From IMG/VR virus record IMGVR_UViG_3300036944_000487: a stretch of 64,000 bases of DNA; one strand, given 5' to 3'. This DNA comes from an uncultured virus (IMG/VR IMGVR_UViG_3300036944_000487). Lineage: Duplodnaviria > Heunggongvirae > Uroviricota > Caudoviricetes. Shown in pieces: positions 28,047 to 37,367 of the stretch. Below the pieces are notes generated by a model. The model worked only from the letters and a program-made list of their open reading frames with translations, searched no databases and was not told the origin of the DNA. The position numbers were made by a program, and so were the translations under genes. Numbering within the stretch: position 1 is the first letter of the stretch; every line of letters begins with the position of its first letter.

Positions 28047-28781
28047 ATGCAAGCCCAGTATGAAAACCACTATCTCACCGACCAAGACGTGGCGAACTTC
28101 GCCCGTCAGTCGTTCGCCAAGCTGGCTGAGAACTTCACCCCGGAGCAGAACAACAACCTGATTCGATTCTTGGCTCGGGGTATGGCCAGCGGAGATTGGT
28201 TGGTTTTGATCAACAAACTTCGTGACGAGCTCAGCAAAACCCAAGCTGAAGAGCTGGCCGTCTACCTTCGCAACATCCCGGAGCACTGGGTTCCCTTCGG
28301 TCACCCTCAGATCTCTCTGCGGATGCAGGCTCCCATCCCCATCCGGGTGCAGTGCTTCAAGCACAAGATCGGGTTTGTGGAGAGCGAGGAGAGCCGGCGC
28401 TACATCTCGACCAGGCCGCAGTACTTCCTCCCCACGTTTCGCAGCAAGGCAGAAAACGTCAAGCAAGGCAGTGGCGATGTTCATCCGGGAGCACTGGATT
28501 GGAATGCTCGCTACGCCAACCACTGCGACGGCGCAATCATTCTCTACGAGCGGATGCTGGCTGACGGCATCTGCCCCGAGCAAGCCAGATTCATCCTGCC
28601 CCAGGGCTGTGAAGTCAACTGGGTATGGACAGGTTCCCTGTACGCCTATGCGAATTTCTACAACCAGCGCAGCAACAGCCACGCTCAAAAAGAAGTTCAA
28701 GACCTGGCTCGCATGGTGGACGAAATCATCGCTCCTCTGTACCCGGTTTCCTGGGCTGCACTGACTCGCGGGGAATACTGA
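28047..28781 (+). CDS. thyX: Flavin-dependent thymidylate synthase
   Basis: H..PF.H, KHK.G...SEESRRY, PEQARFILPQ, R...HAQKE. Confidence 0.92.
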   Translation: MQAQYENHYLTDQDVANFARQSFAKLAENFTPEQNNNLIRFLARGMASGDWLVLINKLRDELSKTQAEELAVYLRNIPEHWVPFGHPQISLRMQAPIPIRVQCFKHKIGFVESEESRRYISTRPQYFLPTFRSKAENVKQGSGDVHPGALDWNARYANHCDGAIILYERMLADGICPEQARFILPQGCEVNWVWTGSLYAYANFYNQRSNSHAQKEVQDLARMVDEIIAPLYPVSWAALTRGEY

Positions 28782-28814
28782 TTCTCAGATTCAGTACACT
28801 CCATTCCCCCCAAC

Positions 28815-28855
28815 GATATTCCTGTAAGAGGCCTCCGGCCTTTTACGGGAATATT
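28815..28855 (+). promoter_or_regulatory. 19-bp stem with TCC loop upstream of nrdJ
   Basis: GATATTCCTGTAAGAGGCC-TCC-GGCCTTTTACGGGAATATT, 3 G-T pairs. Confidence 0.55.
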
Positions 28856-28899
28856 GCCTTCGCTATTTCCGAATACCAAACCAGGAAGTACCACCCCCT

Positions 28900-30144
28900 A
28901 TGACGACACCCTCTCTCCCAACCCCTCTGCAGGACTACGTCCACAAGAGCCGGTATGCCAAGTGGCGTCCCGATCTCCAGCGTCGTGAGCACTGGCCGGA
29001 AACCGTCCGACGCTACGTCGAGTACTTCGCCAGCAAGTTCCCTCACTACCCCACCGAGCGGATCTACCAGGCCATCCTCAGCCTGGGTGCCATGCCTTCC
29101 ATGCGTGCGCTGATGACCGCAGGCCCTGCACTTGAGCGGGATCCCATGGCAGGCTTCAACTGCAGCTTCGTGGCTGTGGATCACCCTCGGGCCTTCGATG
29201 AGATCCTGTACATCCTGATGTGCTTCCACCCGGACACCTTGGTGGTGACCCGTGCTGGCAACAAGAGGATCGCGGACATCGCCATCGGTGATGAGGTTGC
29301 CTCGATTGACGAAGCCACTGGCAAGTCCATCTGGAAGGCCGTGACTAACCAGATCAAGACCAAGTCGGCCCACAAGCCAAAAGTCCAGATCACGTTGGAC
29401 AACGGTCACACCGTCAAATGCACAGCCGACCACAAGTGGCTCACCATCAACCGTGGCTGGGTCATGGCAGGTGACCTGACGGCGGATGACGACCTGACGG
29501 CTCCCAGCCACCAGATCTATCGCATCACCAACAAGGTCAACGGCAAGGCGTACATCGGTCAGACCTCGAAGACAGCGGAAGCTCGCTTCAAGGAACATCT
29601 GTATGTCGCCAACACCCAACCCTCCGACTGGCACTTCGCTAAGGCACTGCGCAAGCATGGTGCCGACGTGTGGCAAGTAGAGGTGATTGACTTCGCCTTC
29701 TCAGCTCAGGAAGCAACTGAAAAGGAGTGCTACTGGATTGCTCAAGACAACACCGTGGCGGCTGGCTACAACTCCACTATCGGTGGAGAAGGTGCTCCCG
29801 GCTACCAGTGGACTGCGGAGCAGCGGCAACGCGCTTCTGAAAACGCTTACGAGCGTTCTGATGAACACCGCGATGCACAGCGCACTGTGCTGGCCAAAGC
29901 CCAAGAAAAGATCGTTCAAACCCGGCAGACGCTTGAGTACCAAGCAGCCCAACGTGAACGCAATCTCGGTGAGAAAAACCCCATGTTTGGTCGAAAGCAT
30001 TCGGACGAACGTAAGGCACAGATTCGTGAGCAGACGACCGGTAGCTCCAACCCGTTCTTCGGTCGCAAGCACACCGAAGAAACCAAGCAAAAGATTCGGG
30101 ACACCAAGGCCCGCAATCAAATGAACCAAGGAGCCTTCGCATGA
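28900..30144 (+). CDS. nrdJ: Class II ribonucleotide reductase N-fragment + split intein N-half + GIY-YIG endonuclease
   Basis: SRYA.W, MPSMRALMTAG, FNCSF (107-aa extein); CFHPDT block A at 29221, CTADHKW block B; IYRITN..NGKAYIGQT and NUMOD3 (NPMFGRKHS, NPFFGRKHT). Confidence 0.9.
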   Translation: MTTPSLPTPLQDYVHKSRYAKWRPDLQRREHWPETVRRYVEYFASKFPHYPTERIYQAILSLGAMPSMRALMTAGPALERDPMAGFNCSFVAVDHPRAFDEILYILMCFHPDTLVVTRAGNKRIADIAIGDEVASIDEATGKSIWKAVTNQIKTKSAHKPKVQITLDNGHTVKCTADHKWLTINRGWVMAGDLTADDDLTAPSHQIYRITNKVNGKAYIGQTSKTAEARFKEHLYVANTQPSDWHFAKALRKHGADVWQVEVIDFAFSAQEATEKECYWIAQDNTVAAGYNSTIGGEGAPGYQWTAEQRQRASENAYERSDEHRDAQRTVLAKAQEKIVQTRQTLEYQAAQRERNLGEKNPMFGRKHSDERKAQIREQTTGSSNPFFGRKHTEETKQKIRDTKARNQMNQGAFA

Positions 30145-31868
30145 GGGTCACTAGCGTTACCCCCATCATCGACGAGCAGGACTACTTCGACATCACTGTC
30201 GAAGACACCCACAATTTCCTCCTCGCAGACGGCAGCATCGTCCACAACTGCGGGACCGGTGTCGGCTTCAGTGTCGAGCGTCAGTACATCGCCAAGCTCC
30301 CTGTCATTGGAGCCAAGGTGACGGTGAGTGAAACCGGTCAGCTGGGCATCGAGACTGTCGAAGCCCTGGAGCCGATCGATCACACCATCATGGTTCGTGA
30401 CAGCAAGGGTGGCTGGGCTGGAGCTTTCAAGGAGCTCCTCTCCCACCTGTACGCAGGCAAGGTTCCCAAGTGGGATGTCAGCCGTGTGCGTCCTGCCGGA
30501 GCCAAGCTGAAGGTATTCGGTGGACGGGCCTCCGGCCCTCAACCCCTGGTGGACTTGTTCAAGTTCGCAGTCGAAACCTTCCGAGGTGCCGTGGGCCGCA
30601 AGCTCACCTCGATCGAATGCCATGACCTCGTCTGCAAGATCGCTGACATCGTGGTGGTAGGCGGCGTCCGCCGCTCTGCCCTGATCAGCCTGTCCAACCT
30701 CAGTGACGACAGGATGCGTGGAGCCAAGAACGGTCAGTGGTGGATCAACAACCCCCACCGTGCACTGGCCAACAACTCAGCGGCCTACACCGAACGCCCC
30801 GACATGGAGCTGTTCATGAAGGAGTGGTTGAGCCTGGTCGAATCCAAGTCAGGTGAGCGAGGCATCTTCAACCGTGAAGCAGCGGTCAAGAAGGCCCTGG
30901 CATCGGGCCGCAGGGATCACACCAAGATCGCTGGCACCAACCCCTGTGCCGAGATCACGCTGCGTTCTGCAGGGCTGTGCAACCTCTCCGAAGTGGTCGT
31001 CCGCAATGACGACACCTTTGAGACTCTGCTGGAGAAGGTCGAGATCGCCACGATCATCGGTACCTACCAGTCGATGCTGACCAACTTCCGGTACATCCGT
31101 CCGATCTGGAAGGAGAACCAGGAAGACGAGCGTCTGCTGGGTGTGTCCCTCACTGGGATCATGGACCACCCGGTCCTGAGCCAGACCAACAGTCAAGCTG
31201 CAATGTGGCTTGTGTCCATGAAGCAGCACGCCATCACCATCAACCGGGAATGGGCTGCCATGCTGGGCATCAAGCCAGCGACTGCCATCACCACCGTCAA
31301 ACCTTCTGGCACCGTGAGCCAACTGGTGGACAGTGCTTCGGGTATCCATCCCCGGTACTCGGAGCACTACATCCGCACTGTCCGAGCCGACAAGAAGGAT
31401 CCTCTGGCGCAGCTCATGCGTCAGCAAGGATTCCCGGTCGAAGACTGTGCGATGAAGCCGGCCACCACGGACATCTTCAGCTTCCCGGTGCAAGGCCCGA
31501 CTGATGCGGTCTTCCGCAACGATCGATCGGCCATCGAGCAGCTCGAGCACTACCTCATGGTGCAGAGCAACTGGTGTGAGCACAACGTGTCCATCACGGT
31601 CTACGTGAAGGATCACGAGTGGCTCGGAGTCGGTGACTGGGTCTATCGCAACTGGGATCAAGTCGGAGGCGTCAGCTTCCTTCCCCACAGCGACCACTCC
31701 TACCAGCAAGCACCCTACCAAGAGTGCACGCAGGCGGAGTACCAGGCACTGCAAAACCGCATGCCTACGTTCGACTGGGATCAGCTTGCTGATTTCGAAA
31801 AGGACGATGCCACGGTGAACACCAAGGAACTTGCCTGTACCGCTGGCGGTTCCTGCGAGATTCTGTGA
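30141..31868 (+). CDS. nrdJ: Split intein C-half (36 aa) + class II ribonucleotide reductase C-fragment
   Basis: YFDITVEDTHNF...IVHN|CGTGVGFSVE; VVGGVRRSA, TNPCAEI, CNLSE, VKPSGT, C-terminal C...SCE; own AAGGAG RBS. Confidence 0.92.
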   Translation: MRVTSVTPIIDEQDYFDITVEDTHNFLLADGSIVHNCGTGVGFSVERQYIAKLPVIGAKVTVSETGQLGIETVEALEPIDHTIMVRDSKGGWAGAFKELLSHLYAGKVPKWDVSRVRPAGAKLKVFGGRASGPQPLVDLFKFAVETFRGAVGRKLTSIECHDLVCKIADIVVVGGVRRSALISLSNLSDDRMRGAKNGQWWINNPHRALANNSAAYTERPDMELFMKEWLSLVESKSGERGIFNREAAVKKALASGRRDHTKIAGTNPCAEITLRSAGLCNLSEVVVRNDDTFETLLEKVEIATIIGTYQSMLTNFRYIRPIWKENQEDERLLGVSLTGIMDHPVLSQTNSQAAMWLVSMKQHAITINREWAAMLGIKPATAITTVKPSGTVSQLVDSASGIHPRYSEHYIRTVRADKKDPLAQLMRQQGFPVEDCAMKPATTDIFSFPVQGPTDAVFRNDRSAIEQLEHYLMVQSNWCEHNVSITVYVKDHEWLGVGDWVYRNWDQVGGVSFLPHSDHSYQQAPYQECTQAEYQALQNRMPTFDWDQLADFEKDDATVNTKELACTAGGSCEIL

Positions 31869-31873
31869 CTTCA

Positions 31874-31893
31874 GGGCTCCCTTCGGGGAGCCC
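31874..31893 (+). other. Stable UUCG hairpin after nrdJ
   Basis: GGGCTCCC-TTCG-GGGAGCCC, no T-tract. Confidence 0.55.
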
Positions 31894-31918
31894 ACCCCAA
31901 CGACAAGCCAGGAGCCCC

Positions 31919-32236
31919 ATGTCAATTTGCAAAGCAATCGGCTGCTGTACGCGCACGTTACCTGGACGTGACTTTTGTGAGCCGTGTGAAGAGGGTGAGG
32001 GAACAACTCTCTCTCTCTCCCAGAAGTACCCCGATCAATACAAAGACGTAGGCGACATCACTGAGATCGACGCCTTCGCTGTCCACCAACTCTTCCAACT
32101 GCAAGACCCCTCAGGGTGTCTGCAACACGCCAGTCGAAAGCTCCTCATGTCCGGCACACCTGCCTACAAAGACATCCGAGAAGCCAGAGACACCCTGACT
32201 CGCTGGCTTCAACTCAACCAAGGAACAAATACATGA
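31919..32236 (+). CDS. conserved phage protein
   Basis: AGGAG RBS; ID...V..LF...DPSG.LQHA..KLL..G...KD..EA.DTL.RW. Confidence 0.7.
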   Translation: MSICKAIGCCTRTLPGRDFCEPCEEGEGTTLSLSQKYPDQYKDVGDITEIDAFAVHQLFQLQDPSGCLQHASRKLLMSGTPAYKDIREARDTLTRWLQLNQGTNT

Positions 32237-32718
32237 GCAGCAGTTCTCCTCATCGGCCCGGTCCGGATTTCGAATCCTCTGAAGCGATCCGAGACAAGTA
32301 CTTCCGTCAGATCGAAGCTGAAAAGGAAGCCGAAAGAACGACCAACCGCCTTCGTGACTTCGCCCATCTGATGCCACCACTGCCAGCCTCTCGACCCAAG
32401 CAGAAGGCCATGCTGCTGACCGCTGACCCGGTCGAACGCAAAGGTATCCCCATGACCACGGGAGTCCTCGACTACTTTCCTCTGGCCATCGCCGAAGTCG
32501 CCAAGGTCTCCAAGGCTGGCAACGACCAGCACAACCCTGGTCAGCCCCTGCACTGGGACAAGACCAAGAGCCTGGATCACGCTGACTGCATCTCGCGTCA
32601 CCTGATCGATCGTGGCTCACGGGACTCTGACGGCATGCGTCATTCAGCCAAGCTGGTCTGGAGAGCTCTGGCTCTCCTGCAGACCGAGCTGGAGAACGAA
32701 GCCAAGGAAGCCGCATGA
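32233..32718 (+). CDS. dATP/dGTP diphosphohydrolase N-terminal-like (DUF5664) protein
   Basis: FP.AIAEVAKVS..G..., W, D...RHL, D.DG..H.A...WRALA. Confidence 0.72.
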   Translation: MSSSSPHRPGPDFESSEAIRDKYFRQIEAEKEAERTTNRLRDFAHLMPPLPASRPKQKAMLLTADPVERKGIPMTTGVLDYFPLAIAEVAKVSKAGNDQHNPGQPLHWDKTKSLDHADCISRHLIDRGSRDSDGMRHSAKLVWRALALLQTELENEAKEAA

Positions 32719-33011
32719 AGCTCTACATCTCAGGGCCGATGAGTGGTCTTCCCGACTGGAACTTCCCAGCGTTCAACCAAGCTGCCGAGAAGGTTCGTGC
32801 ACTGGGTCATGACGCAGTCAACCCAGTCGACATCAACCCAGACCACACCACTCCTTGGGAAATCTGCCTTCGTGCAGATCTCAAGGCTCTGTGTGACTGT
32901 GACGGGATCGTGCTTCTTCCTGGTTGGGAGAAGAGCAAGGGTGCTCAGCTCGAGCTCCACGTTGCTCACCGTCTGGCCATGTCAGTCCACTTCATCGAGA
33001 CCCTCGTATGA
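32715..33011 (+). CDS. DUF4406 / nucleoside deoxyribosyltransferase-like protein
   Basis: YISGPMSG...NFPAF, CD.I..LPGWE.S.GA..E. Confidence 0.85.
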   Translation: MKLYISGPMSGLPDWNFPAFNQAAEKVRALGHDAVNPVDINPDHTTPWEICLRADLKALCDCDGIVLLPGWEKSKGAQLELHVAHRLAMSVHFIETLV

Positions 33012-33145
33012 GGCATGCCTACAACGGGTACTACCGTCTTTGCTTCTTCGGGCTCGGGATGGCGGTGTATTACGACTCACCTTGGTGGGTGTGGGTCATT
33101 GGTGCCTTGTGTGCAGTCAAGGTTGCATACATCACCAAAGACTGA
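33008..33145 (+). CDS. small membrane protein
   Basis: 45 aa, hydrophobic, ATGA-coupled. Confidence 0.5.
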   Translation: MRHAYNGYYRLCFFGLGMAVYYDSPWWVWVIGALCAVKVAYITKD

Positions 33146-33150
33146 CCAAT

Positions 33151-33175
33151 AGGCGCCTCCGGCGCTTCTCCGAAC
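33151..33175 (+). promoter_or_regulatory. TCC-loop hairpin motif
   Basis: AGGCGCC-TCC-GGCGCTT followed by CTCCGAA. Confidence 0.5.
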
Positions 33176-33190
33176 ATAACAAGGAATCCC

Positions 33191-34192
33191 ATGACACAGC
33201 GTTTTACCAACGTGTCAGAAGTCCCATTGGCACTGGCAGTCTTTCTCGCCAGTGACTACTACGACTACAACGACACCCCCAACACCATCAGCACCACCAC
33301 ACTGCTGAAGCCTCTGCGCCAGATCATCCTCCCCACGCGCATGCCTCCGGGTGAAGGGATGGTGAACCTGGCCGACATGATGAGCAACCGTCTCGGTGCT
33401 GCAGTCCATGACGGCATCGAGCGTGCTTGGTTGACCAACCACAAGGTTGCCATGAAGGCACTGGGCTATCCCCAGCGTGTCATCGATCGAGTCATCGTCA
33501 ACCCGATGAACGGTGAACTGTTGGTGGCCAAGGAGGCTGGGATCGACCTCATCCCCATCTACCTGGAACAACGTCTCAAGCGTCAACTGGGTAAGTGGAC
33601 CATCACCGGCAAGTTCGACTTCGTCGGTGAGGGTCGTGTTCAGGACTTCAAGACCGCCTCGGTCTGGTCGTACATGAACCAGGTGAATGCGGACAAGCAG
33701 ACCCTGCAAGGCAGCATCTACCGCTGGCTCGATCCCAAGCTGATCACCCAGGATGAGATGGACATCCATCACATCTTCATGGACTGGAAAGCAGGCATGG
33801 TCAAGACCGACCCTGCCTACCCACCTCAGCGCTTCAAGAAGCAGACGTTCCCTTTGCTGTCGGTGGCTGAGACCTCTCAGTTCATCGAGCGCAAAGTGAA
33901 TCTGATCGACAAGCACTGGGATACCCCAGAGCCCGAGATGCCGCTCTGCGAGGACACCGACCTGTGGCGCAGCGAGCCAGTGTTCAAGTACTACAAGAAC
34001 CCTGCCAGCGCCAAGCGCAGCACCAAGAACTTTGATTCCATGCACGACGCACGGATTCGATTCATCGAAGACGGCAGCGTCGGGCTCATCAAGGAAGTTC
34101 CTGGTCAGGTCACTGCCTGCAAGTACTGCCCAGCCTTCGCCATCTGTACCCAGAAAGACCAGCTCATTGCAGCTGGCGAACTGGTGATGTAA
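33191..34192 (+). CDS. PD-(D/E)xK (Cas4-like) nuclease (N4 gp42-like)
   Basis: G.A.H..IE, EQR, GKFD...DFK, C-terminal C.YC...C; synteny. Confidence 0.85.
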   Translation: MTQRFTNVSEVPLALAVFLASDYYDYNDTPNTISTTTLLKPLRQIILPTRMPPGEGMVNLADMMSNRLGAAVHDGIERAWLTNHKVAMKALGYPQRVIDRVIVNPMNGELLVAKEAGIDLIPIYLEQRLKRQLGKWTITGKFDFVGEGRVQDFKTASVWSYMNQVNADKQTLQGSIYRWLDPKLITQDEMDIHHIFMDWKAGMVKTDPAYPPQRFKKQTFPLLSVAETSQFIERKVNLIDKHWDTPEPEMPLCEDTDLWRSEPVFKYYKNPASAKRSTKNFDSMHDARIRFIEDGSVGLIKEVPGQVTACKYCPAFAICTQKDQLIAAGELVM

Positions 34193-34206
34193 CTCCAAGG
34201 AATCCC

Positions 34207-36363
34207 ATGACATCTCTTCTCAAGCCCATCGATCAGATGGCCTACCACCCCACCGCTGAACTGCTGGTGGATGTCCTTCGGGACCGGACCCAGCGAGATG
34301 ACTCACTGTTCTTCCGAGTCGTGGTGGCCTACTACTTCAGTCTTGCTGCAGCCCAGATGCGCTGCATGATCAACACCCCTGATCGGGGTGAGATCCCGGT
34401 GAACATGTACGCCTTAAACCTGGCTCCCTCGGGCTACGGCAAGACGTTGTCCACCAACCTGATGGAAGAGGAAGTCCTGCACCTCTTCCGTCATCGGTTC
34501 CTCGACGAGACTTTTCTGCTCCTGGCAGAGAAGAACCTGGCCACGATTGCCTGCAAGCGTGCAGCCCAAAAGGGAACCGATCCTGACGATGAGCTCAAGC
34601 TCGTCGCCAAGGAGTTCGAGCGTGCTGGCGAGATGCTGTTCTCCTTTGACTCCGGTACCTCACCGGCAGTCAAGCAGCTCCGTCACAAGCTCCTGCTGGC
34701 CAACGCTGGCTCCATGAACCTCATCATGGATGAAGTGGGCAGCAACCTGGTGCCCAACAAGGAAGTCTTCGACACCTTCATCGAGCTGTACGACAAGGGC
34801 TTGTCCAAAACCAAGCTCATCAAGAACACCACGGACAGTGTCCGAGGCAAAGAGATCGTGGGCAAGACTCCCACGAACCTCCTGATGTTCGGGGTTCCCA
34901 ACAGCCTGTTCGACGGGGCCAAGGTCGAAGACGAGCTCATGGCCATGCTCGGCACTGGCTACTCGCGTCGATGCTTCTTCGGCTACGTTCGTTCGTCCAA
35001 GCGCAAAGCTCACCGTACGGCTGAGCAGATGTACACGGATCGAACCAACAACAACAACAGCGTGGTGATCGCTGACCTGGCCGATCGACTGGAAGGCCTG
35101 GCCGACATGGTCAACTCCAACAAGAAGCTGCAGATCTCGAAGGAAACCTGCGTGATGCTCAACGAGTATCAGCTGCAGTGCGAAGCCCGAGCTGAGCAGC
35201 TTCCCGAGCACCAGGAGATCCGAAAGCGTGAGCTGTCGGAGCGCAACTTCAAGGTGCTCAAGCTGGCAGGTGCCTACGCTTTCATCGACGACTCGACCGA
35301 TGTCACTCCGACACACATCGAGAACGCCATCAAGCTGGCTGAAGACTCGGGAGAGGCCTTCACGCTGATGCTGACCCGTGACCAGAAGCACATCAAGCTG
35401 GCGAAGTACATCGCTAACGTGGGTACTGATGTATTGCAGTCCGACTTGGCGGAAGACCTCCCCTTCTACCGGGGTGGTACTGGTGCCAAGCAGGAAATGC
35501 TGACCCTGGCTACAGCCTGGGGCTACAAGAACAACATCATCATCAAGAAGTCATTCTCTGATGGTGTGGAGTTCATCCGTGGTGAGACGCTGAAAGAGAC
35601 GGACCTCTCGTCCATGATCGTTGCCTACAGCGACAACATGACGGAGAACTACCGCAACGAGCGTGCAGCGTTCGACCAGCTCTACAAGCTGACGCAAGCC
35701 TCGGGCATGCACTGGGCGAACCATCACCTCAACGGTGGCTATCGCAACGAAGAGAACGCCATCCCTGGCTTCAGCTACGTGGTGATCGACATTGACGGTA
35801 CGGTGCAACTCAGCACAGCCAAGCTGTTGATGAAGAAGTACAAGGCGCTGTACTACACGACCAAGCGTCACACGGACGATGTGAATCGTTTCCGGATGAT
35901 CTTGCCGCTGAACTTCGAACTCAAGATGGACGCCAAGGAGTTCAAGGAGTTCTACAACAACGTGCGTGCCTGGTTGCCGTTCGACACGGACGAGCAATGC
36001 AGCCATCGTTCGAAGAAGTGGCTCAGCCACAACCATCACCACGAGTACGTGGACGGTGAGCTGTTTGACGCCCTGCCCTTCATCCCGAAGACCAGCAAGA
36101 ACGAAGAACGCAAGTCGCTCCTCAACTCTCAGCAGTCGATGGACAACCTCGAGCGCTGGGTCATCAACCACATCGGTGACGGCAACCGCAACAACATGCT
36201 GCTGCGCTACGCCATGGTTCTGATGGATGGTGGCTTCGACTTCGAAGGCATCCGCACGAAGGTGATCGCGTTGAACAACAAGATCGCTGACAAGCTGGAT
36301 GAAGCCGAGATCATGAGCACGATCATGATTTCCGTGGCCAAGAACCTGAGCAAACGGCCATGA
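34207..36363 (+). CDS. DNA primase (N4 gp43-like)
   Basis: SGYGKT, DEVG, DIDG, TTKRH, RFR, GNRNN (PriCT-like); synteny. Confidence 0.88.
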   Translation: MTSLLKPIDQMAYHPTAELLVDVLRDRTQRDDSLFFRVVVAYYFSLAAAQMRCMINTPDRGEIPVNMYALNLAPSGYGKTLSTNLMEEEVLHLFRHRFLDETFLLLAEKNLATIACKRAAQKGTDPDDELKLVAKEFERAGEMLFSFDSGTSPAVKQLRHKLLLANAGSMNLIMDEVGSNLVPNKEVFDTFIELYDKGLSKTKLIKNTTDSVRGKEIVGKTPTNLLMFGVPNSLFDGAKVEDELMAMLGTGYSRRCFFGYVRSSKRKAHRTAEQMYTDRTNNNNSVVIADLADRLEGLADMVNSNKKLQISKETCVMLNEYQLQCEARAEQLPEHQEIRKRELSERNFKVLKLAGAYAFIDDSTDVTPTHIENAIKLAEDSGEAFTLMLTRDQKHIKLAKYIANVGTDVLQSDLAEDLPFYRGGTGAKQEMLTLATAWGYKNNIIIKKSFSDGVEFIRGETLKETDLSSMIVAYSDNMTENYRNERAAFDQLYKLTQASGMHWANHHLNGGYRNEENAIPGFSYVVIDIDGTVQLSTAKLLMKKYKALYYTTKRHTDDVNRFRMILPLNFELKMDAKEFKEFYNNVRAWLPFDTDEQCSHRSKKWLSHNHHHEYVDGELFDALPFIPKTSKNEERKSLLNSQQSMDNLERWVINHIGDGNRNNMLLRYAMVLMDGGFDFEGIRTKVIALNNKIADKLDEAEIMSTIMISVAKNLSKRP

Positions 36364-36578
36364 AAGAACTCTGTCCCAACTGCATCTCCCCAATTCAAGA
36401 CCATCCAGAGAACGGCTGTGTAGTTGCAGCCTTGATCCAAGTCTTGAGAGAACGGGAAGAGCACAGTGATGAGCACCTGCTGAAGGTGTTCACTGCGGTC
36501 AACCCTGACTCTCTATGGGATGACCTCAGCCCGATTTTGGACAAGCTCGCCAGCGGCTACTACAGCTGCGAAGAGTGA
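36360..36578 (+). CDS. hypothetical protein
   Basis: ATGA-coupled, 72 aa. Confidence 0.55.
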   Translation: MKELCPNCISPIQDHPENGCVVAALIQVLREREEHSDEHLLKVFTAVNPDSLWDDLSPILDKLASGYYSCEE

Positions 36579-36581
36579 ATG

Positions 36582-36606
36582 GAGGCGGCTCCGCCGCTTC
36601 ACCGAA
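36582..36606 (+). promoter_or_regulatory. TCC-loop hairpin motif
   Basis: GAGGCGGC-TCC-GCCGCTTC followed by ACCGAA. Confidence 0.5.
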
Positions 36607-36624
36607 TCTTTCAAGAAAGAACCA

Positions 36625-37353
36625 ATGACCCAAAGCTACAACGACCACCTGGTCTTGCTGGTGGGCAAGTCTGCCACCGGCAAGTCAGCCTCCCTCATCG
36701 GCCTCAAAGATCCTGAGGGAGTCATGTACCTGAACTGCGAGTCGGGGAAGAAACTTCCCTTCCGAGCCAAGTTCAAGCAGTACACCATCACGGATCCACT
36801 GCAGGTGAACGAAGCCTTCGAGGCTGCGGAATCCAAGCCGGAGATCCACACCATCGTGGTGGACACCCTCACGTACCTGATGGACATGTACGAGAGCATC
36901 TACGTCATCCCGTCCACCAACGGGATGCAAGCCTGGGGACAGTTCTCCCAGTACTTCAAGACGCTGATGCAGCACTACGTGGCCAAGTCGACGAAGAACG
37001 TGATCTTCCTGGCTCACACAGCGGACTCTCTCAACGAGTCCGAGATGCTGATGGAAACCAAGGTGCCCGTCAAAGGCAGCTTGAAGCACAACGGCATCGA
37101 GTCGTACTTCAGCATCGTGATCGGCAGCAAGAAGGTGGCACTCAAGGCACTCAAGGACTACTCGTCCGAACTGCTGACGATCACTCCGGAAGAGCAGGCA
37201 CTTGGCTTCAAGTACGTCTTCCAAACCAAGATCACCAAGGACTCGGTCAACGAGCGTCTTCGTGGTCCCCTCGGGTTGTTCGAAACGAAGGAAACCTTCA
37301 CGGACAACAACATGCAACTGGTCCTCGACCGCCTCAAGGAGTACTACGCCTAA
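36625..37353 (+). CDS. Sak4-like AAA ATPase (N4 gp44-like)
   Basis: GKSATGKS, YLNCE.GK.LPF, VVDTL; synteny. Confidence 0.85.
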   Translation: MTQSYNDHLVLLVGKSATGKSASLIGLKDPEGVMYLNCESGKKLPFRAKFKQYTITDPLQVNEAFEAAESKPEIHTIVVDTLTYLMDMYESIYVIPSTNGMQAWGQFSQYFKTLMQHYVAKSTKNVIFLAHTADSLNESEMLMETKVPVKGSLKHNGIESYFSIVIGSKKVALKALKDYSSELLTITPEEQALGFKYVFQTKITKDSVNERLRGPLGLFETKETFTDNNMQLVLDRLKEYYA

Positions 37354-37367
37354 CCGCGTGACATCAC

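Noticed and set aside
29473..29501. Direct repeat GACCTGACGGC at the IntN/GIY-YIG boundary as a target-site duplication
   Set aside because: Encodes DLTADDDLTA, which fits the usual IntN end motif; too short to support an insertion scar
32233..32718. Z-genome (diaminopurine) pathway suggested by DUF5664-like and HD genes
   Set aside because: No purZ seen; the HD protein resembles RelA/SpoT hydrolases, not DatZ
33191..34192. Cas4-like nuclease as a CRISPR component
   Set aside because: Core N4 gp42-type gene; no repeat-spacer array or other cas genes seen
33180..34212. Identical 17-mer CAAGGAATCCCATGACA at the starts of gp42 and gp43
   Set aside because: Mostly RBS plus start codon; similar strings precede other genes, so no separate element is needed
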